Positions 18,411-27,780 of a stretch of DNA of 32,000 nucleotides are shown here, piece after piece. The DNA comes from Candidatus Kuenenia stuttgartensis. Lineage in GTDB: Bacteria; Planctomycetota; Brocadiia; Brocadiales; Brocadiaceae. The position numbers and the translations under genes were made by a program. The stretch covers positions 2,730,001 through 2,762,000 of the forward strand of contig NZ_LT934425.1 in the NCBI RefSeq assembly GCF_900232105.1. Reading direction: 5' to 3'. The notes under the pieces are model-generated. The model did no database searches. It was not told the origin of the DNA and saw only the letters and a program-made list of their open reading frames with translations. Each line of letters begins with the position of its first letter. Within the stretch, counting starts at the first letter, position 1.

Positions 18411-18558
18411 ATATAGATGTTATTCACATTGTTAAACTAAATGAAACAAATAGGGACGACTACCTTTTATTTCCCGCAAAAATAGTAGCTGCCCCTATTA
18501 GCTTAAGTGAATAAGCAATGAAATATAAGGTCTTTGTCAGGCCTAAGGAGGATTGGGG

Positions 18559-18797
18559 TCACCTTGACCAGTGATTATAAGTCGGCGGGTACGAGAGTAG
18601 CTACTATGAAATAAAAGGAAGCATTCCCGATTTTTTGTAACTTCAGCTTATTTTTGGTGGACGGAGTATTAACCCTGACAGGGTTTTGGAACCCTGTCAG
18701 GGTTGTCTTGAAGCATAATACAATATTGAACTACAAAAAATCGGGAATGCTCCCCAATAAACAATGGTAAAAGGTAAAATCACTAATCAAGGTGTGA
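18559..18797. repeat. Putative non-autonomous TIR element (copy 2), interior replaced by a second repeat element
   Basis: Left TCACCTTGACCAGTGATTATAAGTCGGCGGGTACGAGAGTAGCTACTATGAAATAAA matches 2108-2166; right AATAAACAATGGTAAAAGGTAAAATCACTAATCAAGGTGTGA matches about 2479-2519. Confidence 0.6.
18617..18755. repeat. Second MITE-like family (copy A), nested
   Basis: TIRs GGAAGCATTCCCGATTTTTTGTA and TACAAAAAATCGGGAATGCTCCCC; internal palindrome AACCCTGACAGGGTTTTGGAACCCTGTCAGGGTT. Confidence 0.65.
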
Positions 18798-18984
18798 CTC
18801 TATTTTTCCCTTAAAAACTAAAATTGTTACGGTTTTGTTCCTTGGGATTTTGTATTTTGGAATTTGTTTCATGCTTCTTATTTCGTATTTCGTGCTTGTT
18901 TGGTGCTGGCTATGCCAGCTTAGGCGCTAAGTAAGCACAGGCATTGTTAATTTTGTAGTAATTGTATGGAAATTTCAAAGTTGC

Positions 18985-20853
18985 CTAATTTGCCCTTTGA
19001 TTTATCAGGAAAACACTCCCTTTAACGGCTTTGGCCTTCTTTTTCATTTCAGCCGCAACCGTGCTTATTTCAAGAAGTGATTGAAATCGCGAGTTCTCTT
19101 TTGATTCAACAACTGCGAGCGATACGGACATCAACGGGAACCTGCATTTTAGATTATTCCTGTCCAGGGTTTCGATGCAGCCGTTTTTCACGTCAATCTC
19201 TGCGTACAGCTTGGGTACCATGGCGTCAAATTCACGGATAAATCTGGCGCACAAGTCTTGTGCTTCCTCCGTGTGAATAATAGCGATAAAATCGTCTCCT
19301 CCAATGTGTCCAACATAGCCGATTCTTGAAACGCTAAATATCTCCATAATCAAATATGCCGTTTTTTTGAGTACTTCGTCACCCTTGCAAAATCCATAAT
19401 AGTCGTTATAGGCCTTAAAAAAATCCAGGTCAAAATACACACAGGCAAAATCCTGACCGGCTCTTATCTGTTTTTCAACAAATACCTTTATGGAATCGTT
19501 TCCAGGGAGCCCCGTCAGCGGGTTGGCCTGGCTTGCATGTTTTATTTTTAAGGTGGTCATCTTCTCAAGTAGGGCATGAACCGTGGAGACGCCATAATAT
19601 TTATTGTTATTGGTAATAATAAATATATCGTATAGCATGGAAAAATCTCTAGAGAGCACCTGTTTTGCAACTGAATCAATATCCTCGCTTACATCAACGG
19701 TTAAGAACGTTGTTCCCATTAAGTATGAAACAGGACGTTTATAAAAAAGATCATAGCCGAACTTTTTACTCAACTGAGAGAAAAGGTTGGTTTTCATGAC
19801 AAGCCCCGCTGGAATTCCATTATTCACAATTGGTATGCCAAGCATTTCTGGGTTCTGATTAAATGTTTCTACCAATTTTCCAATCTGCGTGTCGCAATGA
19901 AAGGCAGGTACATTCAAAGACGCTATGTTTTCAATTCTCGATTCATCAGAAAAGACTTCTCCGCCATTGGCATGCTGCTGTAAAATGATTTTGTTTTTAA
20001 CGTAGCCTGAAACTAGTTGTAGTGTTGATGATGGTTTGCCGAAAAGGTAGCCTTGTCCCCAATCAATCCCAAGCATTTTTACGGTGGTAAATTCTTCAAA
20101 CGTCTCTATGCCTTCCGCTACAATTTTTGAATTCAAGACTCTGTGGCACATATCTACCAGCATTTTTACAATGGCCTGCTTTTTAAATGATTTATCTATG
20201 TTTTCAACAAGAAATTTATCAATTTTCACTTTCTGTGGATTTATTTCCGATATCAGCCGCAGGCCAGCACTTCCAGACCCAAGGTCGTCTATAGCTATTG
20301 AAAACCCTTGCGATTGATAGTGTGATAACGCCTGGTGGAAAATCTGAGAGTCATTTATGAACGTCCTTTCCGTAATCTCAAGTACAACGTTGTCCATTTC
20401 AAACTCAAATTCCTCAATTAATGTCTTTGTCTTTCCTTTATCATGTTTTGAATAGGTTATACATGCCGCGTCTATGTTGATAAATAATTTAATTGGCTTT
20501 GTATTCATGCCCAATATTTTAGCGTTCATAATAGCCTTTTCCCTGCACAGCATGTCCAGGTCTTCCAACATCTCAAGTTTTTCGGCTACTTCGAACAGGA
20601 ATATTGGATTTTCGAACATACTTGCTTCCGGACCTCTGCTTAATGCCTCATACGCAACGACGTTTCCCGTGGCAAGGCAAACAATGGGTTGAAATTTGGT
20701 GAAAATCAGCCCCTTCTCAATAATGTTTATGAATTCTTCTTCCAATTCTTTGCTGATACCTGATTTTTTATTTGTTTCGGAAATGAAAGCGATTGCGGCT
20801 GTCATAGCGCATACCCCCATTTTTATGAACGGCACGTTCTCGTTTCGCACCAA
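18985..20853 (-). CDS. EAL - CBS pair - GGDEF protein (cyclic-di-GMP turnover)
   Basis: FQPIVCLATGNVVAYEALSRGP (EAL), MLYDIFIITNNNKYYGVSTVHALLEKM (CBS-like), VYFDLDFFKAYNDYYGFCKGDEVLKK...HIGGDDFIAI (GGDEF-type, GGDDF). Confidence 0.92.
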   Translation of the reverse strand: MVRNENVPFIKMGVCAMTAAIAFISETNKKSGISKELEEEFINIIEKGLIFTKFQPIVCLATGNVVAYEALSRGPEASMFENPIFLFEVAEKLEMLEDLDMLCREKAIMNAKILGMNTKPIKLFINIDAACITYSKHDKGKTKTLIEEFEFEMDNVVLEITERTFINDSQIFHQALSHYQSQGFSIAIDDLGSGSAGLRLISEINPQKVKIDKFLVENIDKSFKKQAIVKMLVDMCHRVLNSKIVAEGIETFEEFTTVKMLGIDWGQGYLFGKPSSTLQLVSGYVKNKIILQQHANGGEVFSDESRIENIASLNVPAFHCDTQIGKLVETFNQNPEMLGIPIVNNGIPAGLVMKTNLFSQLSKKFGYDLFYKRPVSYLMGTTFLTVDVSEDIDSVAKQVLSRDFSMLYDIFIITNNNKYYGVSTVHALLEKMTTLKIKHASQANPLTGLPGNDSIKVFVEKQIRAGQDFACVYFDLDFFKAYNDYYGFCKGDEVLKKTAYLIMEIFSVSRIGYVGHIGGDDFIAIIHTEEAQDLCARFIREFDAMVPKLYAEIDVKNGCIETLDRNNLKCRFPLMSVSLAVVESKENSRFQSLLEISTVAAEMKKKAKAVKGSVFLINQRAN

Positions 20854-21040
20854 ACTTTAGAAATACGCCTAAAACATCTATTTTTCAAAATATTTAATAC
20901 GGTTTTACAGTGAAACGGCTCAACATCATAACAGCACGGACAAACTGGGTTTGTCAGTGCTGCCCTTACAATGAATTTTATTGTTCATCTTTAAAGAATC
21001 TAATTTGTTTGACTATTTATTCCTACGTTAAAAGACACAC

Positions 21041-21316
21041 TTACCGCTGAGACATAGGGTAAGTTTTTTTAAACCTCCCAATCGCCCTAACGTATCTCCT
21101 CCCGTTCGTTAATGCATCGTTATAATCATACCTTTTAAGACAGGGCACACATTCGATGTAATTGTCATGTTGCCGCAGATTAGGCAGGGCAAAGCTTGAG
21201 TCAATGCATCGCCCCAATTCTGGCGATTGTCTGACGATCTGAAAGTTGCTCGTAAAGATTTTAAAATCCTTGTCATTCCCGCATTCAGGACAAATAAAAA
21301 ACGTGTTCATTTTCAT
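21041..21316 (-). CDS. Small zinc-ribbon-like protein
   Basis: 91 aa with FFICPECGND...YIECVPCLKRYDYNDA (CxxC...CxxC). Confidence 0.6.
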   Translation of the reverse strand: MKMNTFFICPECGNDKDFKIFTSNFQIVRQSPELGRCIDSSFALPNLRQHDNYIECVPCLKRYDYNDALTNGRRYVRAIGRFKKTYPMSQR

Positions 21317-21508
21317 AATAGTAGCTCCTTTCCATAAATATAAAATTAAACTCTCTAAACCCTTACATTACAAATCATACCTTCGGCAAATTTCTTTTGC
21401 ACAACTTGTACGACTGTGTGACCGGCTTGAAATTCCTATACTATTAAACAACTCTTATGTAAAGGCAGTATAAAGAACATGTTAATTTTATGTTAAGGTT
21501 GCTATGGG

Positions 21509-21949
21509 TCAGGGGTGTTTTATACCTGGAGAATATTTAACGGAAAATACCCTCATAACGCACAATACTAAGACGAGGACGGCTATCGTACCCAGTTTGT
21601 ACAGATCGAATTCCTTAAACCAACACGCCATGATTTCCGTAAGCATTACAACAATGACCGTGTCTATAATATAGGTCACCTTTATGCGGCCTTCGGAAAA
21701 ATACGCCATAGTGGTTTTAAATATCTCCAGTAGGGCAAGGATGGTGAGGGCGTCTATGATAATAACCCGCAGGGCGTGTTCTATGTCCAGGCTAAAGAGG
21801 AGCCGCAAATGAAACATCGTAATGACAACGCCGCCCAACATACCGGAAAGGATGACCAGGATGAGGATGCTGAGTATCCATTTTGCCAGCTTTTCATAAA
21901 ATATCGAAGAATCAAATTCCAGCCATTTTCGCGGTAAATTAGTTTTCAT
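21509..21949 (-). CDS. PsiE-family (phosphate-starvation-inducible E-like) membrane protein
   Basis: 146 aa, four TM segments, ALRVIIIDALTILALLEIFKTTMAYFSEGRIKVTYIIDTVIVVMLTEIMACWF matches the PsiE pattern. Confidence 0.8.
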   Translation of the reverse strand: MKTNLPRKWLEFDSSIFYEKLAKWILSILILVILSGMLGGVVITMFHLRLLFSLDIEHALRVIIIDALTILALLEIFKTTMAYFSEGRIKVTYIIDTVIVVMLTEIMACWFKEFDLYKLGTIAVLVLVLCVMRVFSVKYSPGIKHP

Positions 21950-22013
21950 ATTCTCTAATTTCAGAATAGTTTCTACCTGCTAAATGTAAGACAGGTACAG
22001 AGGTTACACTAAA

Positions 22014-22087
22014 GTAGGGGCGAAGCATTTGCCCGTTTTGGGTATGAATGCATTTATGACAATTTACAGCAGATGCTTCGCCCCTAC
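22014..22087. repeat. Intergenic inverted repeat, 15-bp arms
   Basis: GTAGGGGCGAAGCAT (22014-22028) and ATGCTTCGCCCCTAC (22073-22087). Confidence 0.8.
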
Positions 22088-22152
22088 ACTCAAGAATGAT
22101 ATTTTAAGACGAAACTATTTGTATAAGATTTCGCCGTGCTTTTGTATCAAAA

Positions 22153-23565
22153 CTATCGTGGTTTGGCAATACGCTCCACCTGTTCCATGTACTTAAGAAC
22201 GTCGTCTCGTGGTTTAAGTTGCTGCGCCTTGCGGAGCAGTGGCAGGGCTTCGTCATACTTACCCATTCCTACAAGTAACTGTGCATGGCGCACCCTGGCA
22301 TCCGCCTCATATTTTTCTATATTGGCCGCCCTTTCGTAATAAAACACTGCCCTTTCAGTGTCTCCGTTACGGTTGCTATGTTGTCCAAGCAAAATCAGCG
22401 CCTCGCCATCCAGCGGGTCAAGTCCGACAATCTCCTCCAGCACGCGCGCCTCCTCGCCGCCGGAACCTTCAGCAACGGCCAGCCTTGCACGAAGTTTAAG
22501 CAGGTCTTTATTATCTTCAGTGCTGAGCTGTCCGCCATGCAAGGCCTTTATACTATCAAGCAGTTTCCTTGTTTCTTTAATCTCTCCACGAGCAGTCAAC
22601 GCTTTGGCGGCACGAATGGCGCACTCAATCTTATACTGTGTACCTTTTCCCATAGCACGAATATAAGCATCTACCGCCATTTCGTATAACCCCTCATTGA
22701 TATAAACGTCACCCAGCATGTTGAGGCTATCTATGGTAGATTTGCCAATGCGATCGACAAGTTCATAATTTTCAGCAGCCTTAAGCGGCTGGTTAAGCCC
22801 GATATAGGCATTTGCCTGCAGCAACCAGAAATCTGCACGGTCGGGATTGCCGGAAATCAGACTATCACAAAGCGAAACAGCCTCTGCATATCTTTCCTGT
22901 TTAAAAAGGCTGCGAGCCAGCCCCATTTTCCAGTCAATAGTGGCAGGGTCAAGCAAAACGGCCATGCGAAAAGACGATTCGGCAGAAAGGTGATTTTCCA
23001 CAGATGAATATGCAAAGCCCAGCAGCCCGTATGTTAATGAATCGCTTCCGCCGAGTTCAATCACACGGGTAAGCGCAGGCAGTGCTTTTTCGAACTCGCT
23101 CATGCGCACATATATAAGGCCTAGATTGCGCCATGCACGGCGAAATTTCGGATATTTTTCCACGGCAATCTGATATATCCCTGCAGCCTGGTCAATCTTT
23201 TCCTGTTGAAATAGTATGTTAGCAAGCATAAAGTCATAAAGTGCATTCGCCTTGTCACCACGGCTCTTTTCCAGCAGGCCGGCAGCCTTGTCCATTTCAC
23301 CGGAAGACATAAACCCAAGCACCTTCTGCATCCTGTCGCGTTCCTCCATAGTCACGCGCGGCTCAATTTCAGTCTCTGCCATATAGCTTTCGGCAAACCG
23401 TTTTTGGAACGACAAATCGTTCCAGATTTTCAGTTCTGATTGACTTAATCCCGAAGCACAGGCCTGCCGTTCTTCAGGGACGGTTATCCATGAAATCAAA
23501 TAAAATATACCGGCGATGATAAAGATAAGCATACTATTTGTAATCTGCAAAAATAATCTTTTCAT
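22153..23565 (-). CDS. TPR-repeat protein of the TonB cluster
   Basis: 470 aa, N-terminal TM segment, many TPR units (AWRNLGLIYVRMSEFEKALPALTRVIELG etc.). Confidence 0.85.
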   Translation of the reverse strand: MKRLFLQITNSMLIFIIAGIFYLISWITVPEERQACASGLSQSELKIWNDLSFQKRFAESYMAETEIEPRVTMEERDRMQKVLGFMSSGEMDKAAGLLEKSRGDKANALYDFMLANILFQQEKIDQAAGIYQIAVEKYPKFRRAWRNLGLIYVRMSEFEKALPALTRVIELGGSDSLTYGLLGFAYSSVENHLSAESSFRMAVLLDPATIDWKMGLARSLFKQERYAEAVSLCDSLISGNPDRADFWLLQANAYIGLNQPLKAAENYELVDRIGKSTIDSLNMLGDVYINEGLYEMAVDAYIRAMGKGTQYKIECAIRAAKALTARGEIKETRKLLDSIKALHGGQLSTEDNKDLLKLRARLAVAEGSGGEEARVLEEIVGLDPLDGEALILLGQHSNRNGDTERAVFYYERAANIEKYEADARVRHAQLLVGMGKYDEALPLLRKAQQLKPRDDVLKYMEQVERIAKPR

Positions 23566-23570
23566 AATTA

Positions 23571-24257
23571 CTATCCTTTCGGGAAACTGATGGGAACACG
23601 CATGCGAAACCGGACAGCCTTTCCGTTCCGTTTGCCAGGTTCAAATTTCCATTGCTTTACCGCTGCAAGCGCTGGCTTTTCAAATACAGAATCAGTAGAA
23701 CGCTGCACCATGGGGTCTTCAACACGTCCGTTCTGATTAACAATAAAAAGTATGTAGACCGTTCCCGGCGCCTTTTTTCTTACCTGTTTGTCAATGACAG
23801 GCCCCGGCTGATAGACAACACGCGGCTTCTGGTCAAGATCCGCCATTGAAAACAACGCGTCAAGATTATCGTCCCCTGCGCCTGCGGCAACGGTATTTAG
23901 TTTTACGGCAAAGTCACCGGACAGCCAGCCTTCGTTTAAACCCGGATTAAGGGCCAATTCAAGCTGCGACAGGTCTAGCGGTGGTGATTCGTCCATAAGT
24001 TCGGGCGGAGGTTCTTCAGGTTCCGGCTCTTTTTCCGGTTCTTCTTCCGGAGGTGGCGGGGGTGGAGGCACATAAGCCGTATCTATATCCCGCACCGCCA
24101 TATCAGCCCGGGGAGGTTTGCTTATCGTCTGCATTAGCGGCAATATTAGAAAAAAGAGAAACGTCAACCCCGCTGCGGCAGAAACAACCCTTATGTAATG
24201 AGATATATGGCCCGAAGTAGAACTCGTTTTATAATCTTTCACTCTATTTATGCTCAA
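23571..24257 (-). CDS. tonB: TonB-family energy transducer
   Basis: N-terminal TM, Pro/Glu-rich linker PPPPPPPEEEPEKEPEPEEPPPE, C-terminal PGTVYILFIVNQNGRVEDPMVQRSTD...ALAAVKQWKFEPGKRNGKAV. Confidence 0.9.
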   Translation of the reverse strand: MSINRVKDYKTSSTSGHISHYIRVVSAAAGLTFLFFLILPLMQTISKPPRADMAVRDIDTAYVPPPPPPPEEEPEKEPEPEEPPPELMDESPPLDLSQLELALNPGLNEGWLSGDFAVKLNTVAAGAGDDNLDALFSMADLDQKPRVVYQPGPVIDKQVRKKAPGTVYILFIVNQNGRVEDPMVQRSTDSVFEKPALAAVKQWKFEPGKRNGKAVRFRMRVPISFPKG

Positions 24258-24667
24258 CTTTTAGACTGACGGGAAGCAATACTTACCTTGACGGCGCCCG
24301 CCAGCTTGGCTTCGTCAATGATACGTACCAGCAGTCCGGACTGCGCTGCGGTATCAGCCTGAATTATTACCGGAACCTCTTCCTTCTGAAGCATGCGTTT
24401 CACCAGCGGCTGTACTCCGCTGACGCCGATTTCCCTACCGCCGTAAACTACCTCTCCCTTATCTGTCAGCGCTATCAGTATGCTTGTTTTTTCCAGCCTG
24501 ACAGAGGATGCAGCCTGAGGCTTATCAACCTCAACCCCTGTCTCTTCAACAAAGGTTGTTGTGACGATAAAGAAGATAAGCAGGATAAAAACACAATCAA
24601 TCAGCGGCGACATATCTATCCCTGTATCACTGTTGTCCTCCGCCGCTAAATCACGTAAACGTCCCAT
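24254..24667 (-). CDS. exbD: ExbD/TolR-family biopolymer transport protein
   Basis: 137 aa, GIDMSPLIDCVFILLIFFIVTTTFVEETGVEVDKP. Confidence 0.93.
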   Translation of the reverse strand: MGRLRDLAAEDNSDTGIDMSPLIDCVFILLIFFIVTTTFVEETGVEVDKPQAASSVRLEKTSILIALTDKGEVVYGGREIGVSGVQPLVKRMLQKEEVPVIIQADTAAQSGLLVRIIDEAKLAGAVKVSIASRQSKS

Positions 24668-24681
24668 AAAGTTCCTTCCTG

Positions 24682-25338
24682 TTAAAATGGTTTCGCAAGT
24701 TTTTTATAAAGTTTCTGTGTAAAAATTGTTTCCAGATGGGCAAGGAAGCTTTTGTACCTTTCGTATTGACGCGACAGGTGATACTGAAAAAAAAGGCCTG
24801 GCAGCGCCAACACCAATCCGGTTTCAGTCGTAATCAATGCCTCCGAAATCCCTTGTGCAACAAGCCCCATAGTTTTTTCACCGCCTGACCCTGTAGCAAG
24901 GGCGCTAAATGTCGTAAGCATACCGGTTACCGTCCCAAGAAGACCTAAAAGCGGTGATACGCCTATACATATTCTCATAACGAGCAAATCCCTTCCTAAC
25001 GGGGCAATCTCCGTTGTATGGAGTTCCTGAAACAGAACGATCGCATGTTTTATCGAATTGCCGCCTGCAACAAAATCGAGCAGCGCTCCGATATGCCCTT
25101 TTCTTTCTTCAGGATGATTTATCCAGCGGCTCCATATCTTTTCAGGAACGCGGCGAAAGCCCTTTTCGTTCAGTTTAAAGTGCATATGCGCTCCAAGTCC
25201 AAACAGTACCAGGGCGTTTGCCGCAAGGGCAATCATGCTCCATCCTCCGGAAAGCCATAAGGATAATGCCTGTTCCCATAGGGTTTTTAAATGTTCGGTC
25301 AGTACATTCATTGTATATACCTTTTTATCAATTATCAC
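24682..25338 (-). CDS. exbB: MotA/TolQ/ExbB-family proton channel
   Basis: 218 aa, GVSPLLGLLGTVTGMLTTFSALATGSGGEKTMGLVAQGISEALITTETGLVLALPGLFFQY. Confidence 0.93.
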   Translation of the reverse strand: MIIDKKVYTMNVLTEHLKTLWEQALSLWLSGGWSMIALAANALVLFGLGAHMHFKLNEKGFRRVPEKIWSRWINHPEERKGHIGALLDFVAGGNSIKHAIVLFQELHTTEIAPLGRDLLVMRICIGVSPLLGLLGTVTGMLTTFSALATGSGGEKTMGLVAQGISEALITTETGLVLALPGLFFQYHLSRQYERYKSFLAHLETIFTQKLYKKLAKPF

Positions 25339-26797
25339 TCATTGCTAAATAACTATCTTCTTCTTTCATTTTAACGCGTTCATAAGGTGTCTTATTCACC
25401 TGATTGATAAAGGCAGCAGCGGCTTTTTGCATCTGATCAACAACACTGCGCGCCTTGCGTGAAAGAAAGGCATGCAGCAGCAATGACGGAATTGCCACAA
25501 TCAAGCCAAATTTGGTGGTAATCAGAGCCTCTGAAATACCGCCGGAAAGGGTTTTAACGTCTCCCGAACCAAATACGGTAATCAGTTTAAAGGTGTTTAT
25601 AATGCCGGTTACCGTCCCCAACAGTCCAAGCAAAGGAGCTGAAGATGCACTGATGGCAATGAATGGCAACAGGCTCTGAAGTTTCAGGCGTGTGGCAAGT
25701 ATCGTTTCGTACATGACCTCTTCAATCAGTTCGCTTTTTTCTTTAACATGTTCAACTCCGGCTGAGAGCATTTTGCCGACAGGCCCTTTGATGGCTTCAG
25801 CCGCCTGCATGGCTGCGTTTTTATCGTGCCTCGCAATGGCGTTGATAAATACACCTATATCTTTTGAAGGCGGATTGCGTAAAAAGGCTAAACCAATGAA
25901 TTTGTAAATTGCCATTAAAAGCGCAGCCCCCGCCAGTGCAAAAATGGGAACCATGACCACCCCTCCCTTGCGTATATGCTCCCAAAATGTTTCTTTGGTA
26001 GCTTCAATTTTGTGAGCATTGCCAAGTGTCGGATCGATCGGAAAATATCCACGGGAATTTGATACAACCTGTGCCGCCGCAACGGCGTCGCTGTTACTTG
26101 CAAAGCCGATAATTGAGGGTTCAAGCGAGCCGAGGCGCTGTTCCGCAGTGCCTACATTATTTCCATCTTTTGAGCGAAAAATCGCAACCGGCCCGACGAG
26201 AGCAAAATCACCGTGTCTTACCAATCCGTCGGTATCAACCGCCTCGCCTTCAAAACATAAACCGCCAAGCGCATCTTCGAGACGTGTTATAGATACAGAA
26301 ACTAATGCCGCCTGCGCCTTAAATACCTCATCTTTGGAGAGATTGTTGTTTTCGGCAGCAAGCCTGGCTTTTTCAATTATTTCCCCATAGCGCTGGATTT
26401 CTGCGATGTGCAGCCTTGTTTCAAAATTTCTTACGTATTCTCCCATCAGGTTGGAAAGATACGTAGCCTCCTCATGGCGCGATTTAATTTCATTTCTCAG
26501 GTTGCTAAGGTCAAGCGTATGGCTGTCAAGCATACGTGAAGTCTTTTGATAATCCATACGTACCCGGACGAGTTCACTTTCAAGGTCGTTAAGCTTGCGG
26601 TTAAGCGGGATTTTTTCATCTGCTATCAATTCACGTAGGGCGCTGAGTTCCGCCAGGCCTTCCTCAAGCTGCCCCTGCACCATTACTTCAGCACGGGCAA
26701 AGGAGCCTTCAACATTCTTTTGCTTATCATCAGCAAATGCATACCCCCAAAAAATAGTAAGCAGCATTACAATACCGATACAATTAATTGTCTTCAT
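25328..26797 (-). CDS. MotA/TolQ/ExbB-family proton channel with long N-terminal periplasmic coiled region
   Basis: 489 aa, signal peptide, coiled N-terminus, C-terminal ISASSAPLLGLLGTVTGIINTFKLITVFGSGDVKTLSGGISEALITTKFGLIVAIPSLLLHA. Confidence 0.9.
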   Translation of the reverse strand: MKTINCIGIVMLLTIFWGYAFADDKQKNVEGSFARAEVMVQGQLEEGLAELSALRELIADEKIPLNRKLNDLESELVRVRMDYQKTSRMLDSHTLDLSNLRNEIKSRHEEATYLSNLMGEYVRNFETRLHIAEIQRYGEIIEKARLAAENNNLSKDEVFKAQAALVSVSITRLEDALGGLCFEGEAVDTDGLVRHGDFALVGPVAIFRSKDGNNVGTAEQRLGSLEPSIIGFASNSDAVAAAQVVSNSRGYFPIDPTLGNAHKIEATKETFWEHIRKGGVVMVPIFALAGAALLMAIYKFIGLAFLRNPPSKDIGVFINAIARHDKNAAMQAAEAIKGPVGKMLSAGVEHVKEKSELIEEVMYETILATRLKLQSLLPFIAISASSAPLLGLLGTVTGIINTFKLITVFGSGDVKTLSGGISEALITTKFGLIVAIPSLLLHAFLSRKARSVVDQMQKAAAAFINQVNKTPYERVKMKEEDSYLAMSDN

Positions 26798-26814
26798 AAT
26801 ACCCTCATTTCCGT

Positions 26815-27657
26815 TTATTGAATTTCTATTGGCAATTGCACAAATGCCGCTGCGGTTTCATTTTTCAAAATTGCTATCGCTTTGGCAATAGCAGCGGCAT
26901 GTTCATTGGCAGGCCTCCAAATCCAGCCGTCTTGTGAAGCAATCCCTAATCCTGCCTTGTCGCAATTACCGTTAACAAAATATGATTGGCCTATTCCAAT
27001 ATAAAGAGATGTCGCTTCAACATGGTTTCCGTCCGGCAGACCATGCACTTCACTTACAACGGATATCTCTCCGTTAAATTTATTTACTTCGTTTAGTATT
27101 CCTATGATATTCTGAAATCGTTCTCCCAAAGATAGTTTTGTATCTTCCTGGTTTTCTGAAAGCCTCTGGCTGAGCGGTTTCACACGTCCTCTAATAGGGT
27201 CGGGCAGTTTTTTCAAGAGTTCCTTTGTTCTGGTTTCAAGTTCTATCACGGTAGCGCTTAAAGTTGTAGATGCTTTTTTAAGTTTTTCATTTTCTTCAAA
27301 CATTTCCGCCCTCTTTTTATCCGCTTCCGTTATACTTGCTTCGATCTCACTGTTTTTTTTACGCACGGTCTCAATTTCGCGTCCCAGCAGTTCTATCCGC
27401 TCAGAAAGCATTTCCTTCGCAAGCTCAAATTCCAGTTTCTCTTTTGAAATAATGCGACGGGTTTCAACCCATTTTTCAAGGGCTGCCCGTGCGCTATCCA
27501 CACTGCCGTTAGCCGTTTCGAATGGTATTGTTATAAAGGCAAACATGAAAAAAGCAATGAGCAGCAATGCGACTGTGGGTGGCCGGCAACGCATTTTCAC
27601 TAATACACCGCCAATGGTTTTTATTCTCCGGCATTTATATATTTTTTTGTTTTTCAT
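26815..27657 (-). CDS. DUF3450-like periplasmic coiled-coil protein
   Basis: 280 aa, signal anchor, long coiled coil, then RFQNIIGILNEVNKFNGEISVVSEVHGLPDGNHVEATSLYIGIGQSYFVN; position in the TonB cluster. Confidence 0.8.
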   Translation of the reverse strand: MKNKKIYKCRRIKTIGGVLVKMRCRPPTVALLLIAFFMFAFITIPFETANGSVDSARAALEKWVETRRIISKEKLEFELAKEMLSERIELLGREIETVRKKNSEIEASITEADKKRAEMFEENEKLKKASTTLSATVIELETRTKELLKKLPDPIRGRVKPLSQRLSENQEDTKLSLGERFQNIIGILNEVNKFNGEISVVSEVHGLPDGNHVEATSLYIGIGQSYFVNGNCDKAGLGIASQDGWIWRPANEHAAAIAKAIAILKNETAAAFVQLPIEIQ

Positions 27658-27743
27658 AATTTATTCGTCCTCTTTTAATAAAATACTGGTATTTTTGTAA
27701 TTTTTTAAGCAAACAAACATTGCCATTTCCATGCATTTAATGT

Positions 27744-27766
27744 AGAGACGCATGCAGTGCGTCTCT
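27744..27766. repeat. Intergenic hairpin between the receptor and DUF3450 genes
   Basis: AGAGACGCA ... TGCGTCTCT, 9-bp arms, 5-nt loop. Confidence 0.6.
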
Positions 27767-27780
27767 GCTAAAATAATGTC

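Noticed and set aside
18408-18515. Short ORF after hsdM (MNIDVIHIVKLNETNRDDYLFPAKIVAAPISLSE)
   Set aside because: 34 codons with no recognisable domain; could be a remnant, but there is no evidence to call a gene.
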